A DNA stretch of 64,000 nucleotides from Syntrophales bacterium (lineage in GTDB: Bacteria; Desulfobacterota; Syntrophia; Syntrophales; UBA2192): the NCBI GenBank assembly GCA_036725345.1, contig DAIMEJ010000013.1:19162-83161 (forward strand), in the 5' to 3' direction. Shown piece by piece: positions 17,353 to 26,136 of the stretch. The notes beneath the pieces were generated by a model. It saw only the letters and a list, made by a program, of their open reading frames with translations. It ran no database searches and was not told where the DNA came from. Made by a program: the position numbers and the translations under genes. Every line of letters begins with the position of its first letter. Within the stretch, counting starts at the first letter, position 1.

Positions 17353-18501
17353 GTGGACTTTGAATTGACGACAGAACAGGCCATGTTCAAGGACATGGCT
17401 AAGGAATTCGGCACAAGAGAGGTCCAGCCTTACGTGAAGCAATGGGACCGCGATGGCAAGATGCCCCACGAGGTGTTCGAGAAACTCGGTGCGCAGGGCC
17501 TCCTTGGCATCAAGGCGCCCGCGGAGTACGGCGGGCTTGACCTTGACTGGATGACTCTGGGGCTGGTGACGGAACAGCTGGCGTACTTCGATTTCTCCTT
17601 GGGGACGGGTTCAATGTCCCGGACTTCTCTGGGAATCCTGCCGTTGCTCGGCGGCACGGAAGAACAGAAGAAAAAATATCTTCCTGGTATGGTCCAGGGT
17701 AAATTGACACATTGTTTCGGAACGGTTGAGCCCGACGCGGGATCCGATGCGACAGCGATAAAAACGACAGCGGTGCTCGAAGGTGACGAGTGGATTATCA
17801 ATGGGAACAAAACATGGATCACGAATGCGAACATCTGCAATTTTGCCATGGTGGTCTGTCAGACCGACAAGAACAAGGGGACGAAGGGTCTGGCTGTGAT
17901 CATTGTGGATTGGGGGACGCCCGGTTTCACCCGCGCCCCGATCGAGCACAAGATGGCCTTTCGTCATCACGATCACGGACAGCTTTTTTTCCGAGACTGC
18001 CGTGTTCCCCGATCGAATCAGCTAGGCGGATTCGGCATGAAGGCTGCCTTTTCCAATGTGGAACACACCCGCTTTGGCATCGCCTGTGCGGCTGTCGGGG
18101 CGATCCAGGCCTGTCTTGACTGCAGTATCAAGTACTGTCAGGAGAGGGTCCAGTTCAAGAAACCCATCGGCAGTTTTCAGCTAGTTCAGGAGAAGATTGC
18201 CAACATGGTGATCGATCTTGAGGCATCTCGCTGGCTGGCATACCGTCTGGCTTACATGAAGGATAAAAATCTTAACGTGGTCAAGGAATCGTCCATAGCC
18301 AAGTATCACAATATGGAAGCTGTTCGGAGATCTGCCATGGCGGCGGTGGAACTGCACGGTGCCTATGGGTTGAGTGATGAGTATCCCGTGGAGCGGATAT
18401 ACCGGGACTGCATGGCTCCTATCATATATGGGGGGACGGCGCATGTTCATAAAATGGTTTTGGGTCGTATCATGCTGGGTATCGATGCCGTGGCGAGATA
18501 G
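17353..18501 (+). CDS. acyl-CoA dehydrogenase
   Basis: 382 aa, GTG start after aggagaaaggag. Contains GTVEPDAGSD. First gene after the sigma-54 promoter. Confidence 0.92.
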   Translation: MDFELTTEQAMFKDMAKEFGTREVQPYVKQWDRDGKMPHEVFEKLGAQGLLGIKAPAEYGGLDLDWMTLGLVTEQLAYFDFSLGTGSMSRTSLGILPLLGGTEEQKKKYLPGMVQGKLTHCFGTVEPDAGSDATAIKTTAVLEGDEWIINGNKTWITNANICNFAMVVCQTDKNKGTKGLAVIIVDWGTPGFTRAPIEHKMAFRHHDHGQLFFRDCRVPRSNQLGGFGMKAAFSNVEHTRFGIACAAVGAIQACLDCSIKYCQERVQFKKPIGSFQLVQEKIANMVIDLEASRWLAYRLAYMKDKNLNVVKESSIAKYHNMEAVRRSAMAAVELHGAYGLSDEYPVERIYRDCMAPIIYGGTAHVHKMVLGRIMLGIDAVAR

Positions 18502-18579
18502 TCGGGTTTAGTAAACTGTTATCAGGCATTCCAATGTCCATGCGATGGGGAATGTAGGTTCAGGTAAGGATAGGTAGGG

Positions 18580-19866
18580 ATGGAAAATTTTGATGCCATC
18601 GTGGTGGGTGCGGGTCCGGCCGGATGCGCGGCGGCCTACACCATGGCGAAAGCGGGTCTCAACATCCTCGTCCTCGAGCGTGGAAAATATGCAGGGGCCA
18701 AGAATATGTGGGGGGGAGCCCTTTTCGGATCAGCCATGAACGAGGTTTTCCCCGAATTCTGGAAAGAGGCGCCCGTCGAGCGATCGGTCAGCCGCCATGC
18801 CATTTCCTTTCTCACGAAAGATGCCTCTCTTTCCATCGATTTCAAAAATGCCCACCGCGACTCGTCATCCTGCCCGGGTTTTATCATCCTCCGGGCCAAG
18901 TTTGATCAGTGGTTGGCCGGTCAGGTCGAGAAAGCCGGGGCCATCATCGCCTCGGGTCTCGAAGTGGATGATTTCATCCGCGAAGGTCAGGCTATCCGGG
19001 GCGTGAAGGTTGCCGGGGAGGAATTTCCGGCAAACCTGGTCATCCTGGCGGATGGGGCCAACTCCCTGCTCGCCGCCAAGACGGGCCTGCGCGGTGAATT
19101 CAAGGCACAGGACCTGAAACAGGGGGTCAAAGAGGTTCTCCGACTTCCGAGAGAGGTGATTGAGGACCGGTTCAATCTGAAGGGCACCGACGGGGCCGTC
19201 ATGGAGTTCGTGGGTCACTGCACCCTGGGATTGCCCGGAGGCGGTTTTATCTATACGAACCTGGACAGCCTCTCCGTCGGCGTGGTCGTCCAGCTGAGCG
19301 CGCTCCTCGAAAAACGCCTGAAGGCATCGGATCTCATCGAGGGATTCAAGGCCCACCCGTTCATTCAGAACCTGATCCGGGGAGGTGAACTGCTGGAATA
19401 CTCGGCGCACCTGATCCCGGTGTCGGGCGTCAGCATGATGCCGCGGCTCTACGGGGACGGCATCATGATAACGGGCGATGCCGCCGCCATGGTCCTGGGC
19501 ACGGGTCTCATCCTGGAGGGCGCGAATTTCGCCGTTGCGGCCGGAGTGGCGGCCGGGAACGCGGCCATCCGGGCCCGTGAGAAAAAAGATTATTCGCCGG
19601 CCGTCCTTCAGTCTTATGAGCAGGCCCTGAAGGATACCTTTGTCATCAAGGATTTGAACACATTCCGTGAAGCGCCTCATTTTCTCGAAAACCGGAGGAT
19701 TTACAACGACTATCCGGAGTGGGCCTGCGACCTGATGTCACGGATCTTCTGCAGCGACGGCAAACCCAGGAAAAACACATTCCAGGTCGTCCGGGAATCC
19801 ATGAAAGGGCGCTTCACCGTCATGCAGCTCCTTTCGGATTTCCTGCGGGCGAGGAGGGCGATGTGA
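18580..19866 (+). CDS. fixC: FixC-type ETF:quinone oxidoreductase-like flavoprotein
   Basis: 428 aa. N-terminal FAD fold FDAIVVGAGPAGCAAAYTMAKAG. Length and context (followed by fixX and fixAB) match FixC. Confidence 0.85.
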   Translation: MENFDAIVVGAGPAGCAAAYTMAKAGLNILVLERGKYAGAKNMWGGALFGSAMNEVFPEFWKEAPVERSVSRHAISFLTKDASLSIDFKNAHRDSSSCPGFIILRAKFDQWLAGQVEKAGAIIASGLEVDDFIREGQAIRGVKVAGEEFPANLVILADGANSLLAAKTGLRGEFKAQDLKQGVKEVLRLPREVIEDRFNLKGTDGAVMEFVGHCTLGLPGGGFIYTNLDSLSVGVVVQLSALLEKRLKASDLIEGFKAHPFIQNLIRGGELLEYSAHLIPVSGVSMMPRLYGDGIMITGDAAAMVLGTGLILEGANFAVAAGVAAGNAAIRAREKKDYSPAVLQSYEQALKDTFVIKDLNTFREAPHFLENRRIYNDYPEWACDLMSRIFCSDGKPRKNTFQVVRESMKGRFTVMQLLSDFLRARRAM

Positions 19867-20132
19867 AGGTAGAAGACAAGCTGGCCTTGAACAAGTTCGA
19901 AGTAGACAGGGATGTTCACATCCGCGTGGATGAAAAGATATGCGACCGGTGCGAGCCGAAGTCCTGCCTCTACGCCTGTCCCGCCGAGTGCTACGTCATC
20001 CGGGACGGTCATGTGACCTTCTCCTATGAAGGGTGCCTCGAGTGCGGAAGCTGTCGGTTTTCCTGTGACCGGGGCGCGATTACCTGGGTCAATCCCCGGG
20101 GAGGTTTTGGTATTTGCTATCAGTACGGCTAA
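19863..20132 (+). CDS. fixX: FixX-type ferredoxin-like protein
   Basis: GTG at 19863 overlaps the fixC stop (ATGTGA) and follows gaggagg. 89 aa with Cys clusters CDRCEPKSCLYACP and CLECGSCRFSC. The track embeds this gene in a longer ORF starting at 19719. Confidence 0.8.
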   Translation: MKVEDKLALNKFEVDRDVHIRVDEKICDRCEPKSCLYACPAECYVIRDGHVTFSYEGCLECGSCRFSCDRGAITWVNPRGGFGICYQYG

Positions 20133-20142
20133 AGGAGGAGAG

Positions 20143-20943
20143 ATGGATATCATAGTCTTTGTCAAACCGGTTCTGGATCCCGATATGCCGCCGGCGAAGT
20201 TTTCGGTTGACGGCAAGACGAACCGGGTGATTCCACCGGAAGGGATGCCCCTCGTCATCAGCCCCTACGATGCCCTTGCCGTGGAAGCGGCCCTGAAAAT
20301 CAAGGAAGCGGCGAAAGGCGCTAAGATCACGGCGGTAACAATGGCCGGACCCTTTGCCGTGGAGGTGCTGAGGAAAGCCGTGGCCATGGGTGCCGATGAA
20401 GCTGTACAGATCAATGACCCGGCCTTCGAGGACTCCGATGCCTTTTCCACTGCTTTGATCCTGGCCGCAGCGGTCAAAAAAATCGGTAAATGCGATATCA
20501 TCCTCTGCGGCAGGCAGGCGGCCGACTGGGACAACGGTGTCGTTGGCTCGGTCATCGCGGAGTATCTCGGTTTCCCGTCCGTCATCAGGGCCAAGGGTAT
20601 TTCGGTTGCGGACGGAAAGCTCAAGGTCGAGCGCGTCATCACGAACGGCTTCGAAATCTTCGAAGTCGGGCTGCCGGCCGTGGTGACCCTGAGCAGTGAA
20701 ATGGGCCAGGCGCGGATACCGACCGGCTGGGGCATCATCAACGCCGCGAAGAAGCAGATCCAGAAGTGGTCGGCTGCCGATCTCGGGGTGGATGCCGCCG
20801 GGGTTGGGAAAGCGGCTGCGCGCAACCAGCTGGTCAAGCTCTATACCTTTTCCCCCAGCCGGACCTGCGAGATGGTCACGGGCAAGGACGAAAAGGAAGC
20901 GGCGGAAAAATTGGCCGAAAAAATCATGGACATCAAGCCTTGA
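20143..20943 (+). CDS. fixA: electron transfer flavoprotein beta subunit (FixA-type)
   Basis: ATG at 20143 after aaaggaggag gives MDIIVFVKPVLDPD. 266 aa, EtfB-like. The track ORF is N-terminally over-extended to 20026. Confidence 0.88.
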   Translation: MDIIVFVKPVLDPDMPPAKFSVDGKTNRVIPPEGMPLVISPYDALAVEAALKIKEAAKGAKITAVTMAGPFAVEVLRKAVAMGADEAVQINDPAFEDSDAFSTALILAAAVKKIGKCDIILCGRQAADWDNGVVGSVIAEYLGFPSVIRAKGISVADGKLKVERVITNGFEIFEVGLPAVVTLSSEMGQARIPTGWGIINAAKKQIQKWSAADLGVDAAGVGKAAARNQLVKLYTFSPSRTCEMVTGKDEKEAAEKLAEKIMDIKP

Positions 20944-20954
20944 GGGGAGACGAC

Positions 20955-21947
20955 ATGGCTGATAACAGACATATTCTGGTCATAGGGGAAGTTGAAAAGG
21001 AAAAACTCACCTCCACCAGCAGGGAGCTTCTCGGGGGTGCACACCGGCTGGCAGCACAGATGGGCGGCACGGTGAACCTTTTGTTGATGGGTCCGGCGGT
21101 AGCGGCGGCCGAGGAAGGCATCCATTACGGTGCCGACAAGGTCTACACGTCCAAGGACGCGATGCTTTCGGAGTCGAACAGCGATGCGTGCACTATCATG
21201 ATTGATGCGCTCTGCAGGAAGATCCAGCCCGTGCTCTGCCTATTCGGGCAGTCGGACCTCGGCAGGGATGCGGCGCCTCGGCTGGCTGCAAAGCTCAATG
21301 CCGGTTTGTGCATGGATTGTGTCGAGGTCACCTTCGATGCCGGAAACAACCGGATATTGCAGACGCGCCCCGTTTTCGGGGGAAAGGCCATGGCGGTCAT
21401 GGCAACGACCGGGGATCGGTTACAGATCAACACCGTCAGGGCAAAGGCCATCGCACCGGAGGAACCAAAAGCGGATCGGAAGGGAGAAGTCATTCCCGTT
21501 ACGGATGCCGTGGATGCCTCGCTTGTCAAGGTGAAGCTCGTTGAAGCGAAAAAGATTGAAACCGAAGGGGTGAAACTCGAGGATGCCAAGATTATCGTGG
21601 CCGGCGGCGGCGGTCTGGGCGGACCTGAGGGTTTCGAGATGATCGCGCAGCTGGCAAAACTCATGGGAGGCGTCGTGGGGGCCACGCGGGTTCCCGTGGA
21701 TGAGAACTGGGTTCCCCTGAGTATGGAGATCGGCCAGACGGGAAAGATCGTGAGCCCTGATCTGTATATCGCCATCGGTATTTCAGGCGCGGCCCAGCAT
21801 GTCACGGGCATTGTCAATTCAAAGAAGATCGTGGCCATCAACAGGGATCCCGATGCCAACATCTTCAGGATGGCCGATGTCGGACTGGTTGCCGATTACA
21901 AGGTGGCCGTCCCGATCCTTATCGAAAAGATGAAAGCCGGCCGTTGA
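20955..21947 (+). CDS. fixB: electron transfer flavoprotein alpha subunit (FixB-type)
   Basis: ATG at 20955 (MADNRHILVIGE). FAD signature PDLYIAIGISGAAQHVTGIVNSKKIVAINRDPDANIF. The track ORF is over-extended to 20766. Confidence 0.88.
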   Translation: MADNRHILVIGEVEKEKLTSTSRELLGGAHRLAAQMGGTVNLLLMGPAVAAAEEGIHYGADKVYTSKDAMLSESNSDACTIMIDALCRKIQPVLCLFGQSDLGRDAAPRLAAKLNAGLCMDCVEVTFDAGNNRILQTRPVFGGKAMAVMATTGDRLQINTVRAKAIAPEEPKADRKGEVIPVTDAVDASLVKVKLVEAKKIETEGVKLEDAKIIVAGGGGLGGPEGFEMIAQLAKLMGGVVGATRVPVDENWVPLSMEIGQTGKIVSPDLYIAIGISGAAQHVTGIVNSKKIVAINRDPDANIFRMADVGLVADYKVAVPILIEKMKAGR

Positions 21948-22089
21948 GGCTTTGGATGGAGTCCGCCTGGGGTGTGCAGGGGCCCCTGGGGTGAGACGAA
22001 TATGCGCTACAAAAGCTGGATCTGGTTAAATCCCGGCAACGGGGCAAGATTAAGTCAATAATTCTAAGCTGACGACAAGGAGGTAGAAC

Positions 22090-23187
22090 ATGGCTGAGAA
22101 GAAACGTTACGGCGCGCTGGAGATGGACCCGGAGCAGAAAAAACGTCTGGACAAGACCATCGTCAGGAAACCCTTTCACACAGTTGATCCGGAAATCAAG
22201 GAGATGATTCTCGCCAAGAGGAAGGGAATGCCCAGGATCATCGATATCCACACCCATCCCTATACCAAGATTGGCTGGAGGAGTCTGGGCAAGTTTCGCA
22301 TGCACCTGGAGAAGTATCTGTACAAGAGGGCGGACATCACGCCTGAGCAGATCACAGCGATGGCGCCCACCGAGGAAGAATGGGTGCAGCCCTTCCGGGA
22401 ACTGGGCGTGGCGGTCATGCCCTGCGGGTGGGCAGCCGAGACCACCATGGCCCCCGGGGATCCGCTTTACCGGGACAACACGAACGACGATATCGCGGCC
22501 ATGAGGGATAAGTTTCCCGATGTGTGCATTACAGGCTGGGGCTCCGTGGATCCCTGGAAAGGCTGGAAGGCCCTCGAGGAGGTCATCCGGTGCCACAAGG
22601 AGTTGAAGCTCATCGGGATCAAGTTCCAGCAGGTGGGGCAGGCCTTCCACGTCAATGACAAGCGGTTCTACCCCCTCTGGGATCTCTGCCAGGAGCTCGG
22701 GATGCCCATCCAGCTCCACACGGGTTTCACCGGGCTCGCCAGCGGGGCACCGGGCGGCCTCGGAACGAAGATCAAGTATACCATGCAGTTGATTCCCGAC
22801 ATCGACGACATCTCGGCGGATTTCCCGAACCTGAAGATCATCATGCTCCACATCTCCGACGGGCGTGATGAAGACGCGGTGCTGCTCTGCCGCCACAAGG
22901 GGAATATCTACCGCGAGCTTTCAGGCATCTGGCCGGAATACATCGAGCACAATTGCCCGCACACCTGGTTCGAGCTCAACCGGCGGCAGCGTGACAAGTA
23001 CATGTTCGGTTCGGAAATGAACCTCTTCCCCCTCGACGGGATCCTGTATCAGCATCATCAGCTGGAATACCGCGAGGGCATCCTCGAAGGGATGTTCTGG
23101 CGCAATCCCATCCGTATCCTCGGGGAAGAGATGGAGAGATGCGGCATCAACCTGAAGGAGTGGAGAGTCAACCTCACGGAAGTGTAA
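22090..23187 (+). CDS. amidohydrolase-2 (TIM-barrel metal-dependent hydrolase/decarboxylase) family protein
   Basis: 365 aa. IIDIHTHPY metal-binding motif near the N-terminus and a later IQLHTG. RBS aaggagg. Confidence 0.75.
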   Translation: MAEKKRYGALEMDPEQKKRLDKTIVRKPFHTVDPEIKEMILAKRKGMPRIIDIHTHPYTKIGWRSLGKFRMHLEKYLYKRADITPEQITAMAPTEEEWVQPFRELGVAVMPCGWAAETTMAPGDPLYRDNTNDDIAAMRDKFPDVCITGWGSVDPWKGWKALEEVIRCHKELKLIGIKFQQVGQAFHVNDKRFYPLWDLCQELGMPIQLHTGFTGLASGAPGGLGTKIKYTMQLIPDIDDISADFPNLKIIMLHISDGRDEDAVLLCRHKGNIYRELSGIWPEYIEHNCPHTWFELNRRQRDKYMFGSEMNLFPLDGILYQHHQLEYREGILEGMFWRNPIRILGEEMERCGINLKEWRVNLTEV

Positions 23188-23250
23188 ATGTCTTGAAGTG
23201 GTGGGTTCCGCCGGGTTTCATACCCGTGCGGCGAAGGAGATCCCCTTTCA

Positions 23251-24783
23251 ATGAAAGATCCCGTAAAAGAACTGGACCGCATCGAAGGAGAGGTGCGGTC
23301 CGGTAACTCCAAGGCCATCGAAGAGCAGCACCGTAGGGGAAGGCTCACGGCACGGGAGCGGATCGATCTTTTCTTCGATCCGGGGAGTTTCGTCGAAATC
23401 GCCATGTTTGCGCAGCATCAGTGCCACGACTTCGGCATGGAAAACAGGCGCCCCTATGGCGACGGTGTGATCACGGGTTACGGCACGGTGGAAGGCCGGC
23501 GGGTCTTTGCCTATGCCCAGGACTTCACCGTCCTGGGCGGGACCGTCGGTTTCACGACGGCGACGAAGATTGCACATGCCATGAGACTGGCGCTCACGTC
23601 CCGCTCCCCGATGGTCGGTTTCGTGGACACGGCGGGCGGGAGGATTCAGGAAGGAAGCGGAACCTACAGCCTCATGTTTTATGAGCATATCATCAGTTCC
23701 GGGGTGATTCCCCAGATCTCCTGCATCCTGGGGGCCTGCGCGGGCGGGGGGTGTTATTCCCCGGCCCTGACGGACTTCATCTTCATGGTGGACGGAATCA
23801 GCGAAATGTATATCACCGGGCCCCGCGTGATCAAGGAAGTCACGAATCAGGATGTCACGGGTCCGGAACTCGGGGGTCCGAAAGTTCACAGCGAGATATC
23901 CGGTGTGGCCGATTTCGTTGCCGGCGATGAAAAAGAATGCATGGCCCAGGTGAGGAAGCTCCTGGGTTTTCTTCCCTCGAACCGGGACGAGCAAGCGCCC
24001 GTACTGAAACCGGCGGATGATCCCTGCAGGAGCTGCCCGGAGCTGGACAGCATTGTGCCGGACTCGCCGAGGAAGCCCTTCGACATGCTGCGGGTCATAA
24101 GGGCGTTGGTCGATGGGGGTGACTTCTTCGAGGTCAAGGAGCGGTTCGCGCGCAACATGATCACGGGCTTTGCCCGGATCGGCGGCTATCCTGTCGGCAT
24201 CGTCGCCAACCAGTCCAGGGTTCTCGCGGGGGCCATTGACAGCGACGCCTCCGACAAGGCCGCCCGTTTCTACAGGGTCTGCGACTGCTTCAACGTCCCG
24301 ATCATCACGCTGGCGGACGTGCCGGGCTATCTCCCGGGGATCCGGCAGGAGCACATGGGGATCATTCGCCACGGGGCCAAGATGCTCTACGGGTACGTGG
24401 AGGCGGAGGTTCCGAAGATCCTTCTCGTTGTGCGGAAAGCCTACGGCGGCTCCTGGGCCGCCATGGGCTCCAAGACGATGGGGGCGGACCTGGTGTTCGC
24501 CTGGCCCACGGCGGAAATGGCGATTATGGGCGCTGAAGGGGCGGCGGAGATCCTTTACAAAAGGGAAATCGAAGGAGCGGAAGACAAGGCGGCGATGCGG
24601 AAGCAGAAAATCGACGAATACCGGGAAAAATTCAGCTCTCCCTATCATTACGCGGGAAAGATGGTCGTCGATTTTCTGATCAAACCGCGGGACACCAGGG
24701 CGCATCTTTTCAGGGCCCTGGAGGTTTTCAAACATAAAAAGAAGAGTAACGTCGACCGGGGACATGGAAACATTCCCCTTTAG
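23251..24783 (+). CDS. acyl-CoA carboxyltransferase (propionyl-CoA carboxylase beta / methylmalonyl-CoA carboxyltransferase type)
   Basis: 510 aa with two crotonase-like CT halves (GGRIQEG..., RKAYGGSWAAMG). This is the typical length for PccB/12S/MmdA-type subunits. Confidence 0.88.
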   Translation: MKDPVKELDRIEGEVRSGNSKAIEEQHRRGRLTARERIDLFFDPGSFVEIAMFAQHQCHDFGMENRRPYGDGVITGYGTVEGRRVFAYAQDFTVLGGTVGFTTATKIAHAMRLALTSRSPMVGFVDTAGGRIQEGSGTYSLMFYEHIISSGVIPQISCILGACAGGGCYSPALTDFIFMVDGISEMYITGPRVIKEVTNQDVTGPELGGPKVHSEISGVADFVAGDEKECMAQVRKLLGFLPSNRDEQAPVLKPADDPCRSCPELDSIVPDSPRKPFDMLRVIRALVDGGDFFEVKERFARNMITGFARIGGYPVGIVANQSRVLAGAIDSDASDKAARFYRVCDCFNVPIITLADVPGYLPGIRQEHMGIIRHGAKMLYGYVEAEVPKILLVVRKAYGGSWAAMGSKTMGADLVFAWPTAEMAIMGAEGAAEILYKREIEGAEDKAAMRKQKIDEYREKFSSPYHYAGKMVVDFLIKPRDTRAHLFRALEVFKHKKKSNVDRGHGNIPL

Positions 24784-24821
24784 GCGGGTCAACAACGACA
24801 AAAAGGTCAAAGGAGGGTCGT

Positions 24822-25229
24822 ATGGTCAAGGGCGTGGATCACATCGGGATAGCGGTTCAGAACATCGACGAGACGTTGAAGCTGCTCAAAGCGGCCTTCG
24901 GCGCCGAGGAAGTGAAAAGGACGGAATATCCCCAACTACAGCAGATTTCTTCCACCGTCAACCTGAAAGGAACCTACTTCGAGCTCATGCAGGCCACGGG
25001 GCCGGACGGCGCCATCGGGAAATTCATGCAGGTCAACAAAATGGGCGGTCTTCATCACATTTCTATCATGTGCGACAAGCTGGAAACCCTCGTGGACACT
25101 CTGGAAAAGGACGGGCTGAAGATTATCGGGAAGATGTATGATGGGCCGGACAGGGTGGCCTTTATCCATCCGAAGAGCGCGCAGGGCCTGCTCCTGGAAT
25201 TGACCGATACAGGGTCCCGGAAAAAGTAA
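24822..25229 (+). CDS. mce: methylmalonyl-CoA epimerase (VOC/glyoxalase fold)
   Basis: 135 aa. Contains VDHIGIAVQNIDE, GGLHHISI and AFIHPKSAQGLLLEL. Adjacent to the carboxyltransferase. Confidence 0.82.
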   Translation: MVKGVDHIGIAVQNIDETLKLLKAAFGAEEVKRTEYPQLQQISSTVNLKGTYFELMQATGPDGAIGKFMQVNKMGGLHHISIMCDKLETLVDTLEKDGLKIIGKMYDGPDRVAFIHPKSAQGLLLELTDTGSRKK

Positions 25230-25345
25230 TCAATCTGCATCAAGGTTCATCCTGACGGCTGGAGCCGGCTTCCCGTCTCTCGGGTGGCGGGGCGCGGGTT
25301 TTCAGAGGACAGGGTGATCCCGGCAGTCATCAAAGGAGGAATCAG

Positions 25346-26098
25346 ATGAAATTAAAAGATAAGGCGGCGATTGTTACGGGTGCCGGTCAGGGGATTGGAA
25401 GAGCCATTGCCCTGAAGATGGCCAGTGAGGGCGCGAAAATCTGTGTGGCCGATTTGAATCCGGAGACGGCCAAAAAGGTGGCAGAGGAGATCAAGGGGAT
25501 GGGCGGTAAAGCCATCGCCGTGCAGGTGGACATCACCAGTCTCGAGCAGGTCAAGAAGACGGTGGAAAAGACCATCGCCGAACTCGGATGCGTCGATATC
25601 CTGGTCAATAACGTCGGCTGGGACAAGATGGAGCTTTTCATCCAGAGCGAGCCCGCAACATGGGACAAGGTCCTCAACATCAATTTCAAGGGCCCGGTCA
25701 ACTTCTTCAAGGCCGTTCTTCCGCACATGATCGAACGGAAGTACGGGAAGATCGTCAGCATCGCCTCCGACGCCGGACGGGTGGGATCGAGCGGCGAGGC
25801 GGTTTATTCGGGAGCCAAGGGAGGCATCATTTCCTTCTCGAAAACCGTTGCGAGGGAAGTGGCACGATACGGGATCAACGTGAATGTCGTGTCACCCGGT
25901 CCGACGGATACGCCTTTCTTCGCCCAGGTCGCCGGCGACAACCCGGCCATCGCCGAGGGCCTCAAAAAAGCCATACCGCTGCGTCGTCTCGCGCAGCCTG
26001 AGGACATCGCGGGGGCCGTGGCATTTTTCGCGTCCGATGATGCGGGATACATCACCGGCCAGGTTCTGAGTGTCAGCGGCGGCCTGAACATGGTTTGA
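25346..26098 (+). CDS. short-chain dehydrogenase/reductase (3-hydroxyacyl-CoA / BadH-like)
   Basis: 250 aa. TGAGQGIGRAIA cofactor motif and the YSGAKGG catalytic YxxxK. Confidence 0.88.
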   Translation: MKLKDKAAIVTGAGQGIGRAIALKMASEGAKICVADLNPETAKKVAEEIKGMGGKAIAVQVDITSLEQVKKTVEKTIAELGCVDILVNNVGWDKMELFIQSEPATWDKVLNINFKGPVNFFKAVLPHMIERKYGKIVSIASDAGRVGSSGEAVYSGAKGGIISFSKTVAREVARYGINVNVVSPGPTDTPFFAQVAGDNPAIAEGLKKAIPLRRLAQPEDIAGAVAFFASDDAGYITGQVLSVSGGLNMV

Positions 26099-26136
26099 TC
26101 TCTTTGACTCAACGCTGCACGGGATGAAAAGGAGGA

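Noticed and set aside
21976-21987. CAGGGGCCCCTG palindrome after fixB as a terminator
   Set aside because: It is a loop-less 12-nt palindrome without a T-tract, so it is unlikely to form a functional intrinsic terminator.
23248-24810. 520-aa minus-strand ORF
   Set aside because: It is an antisense shadow of the carboxyltransferase gene 23251..24783. The plus-strand product has clear family motifs.
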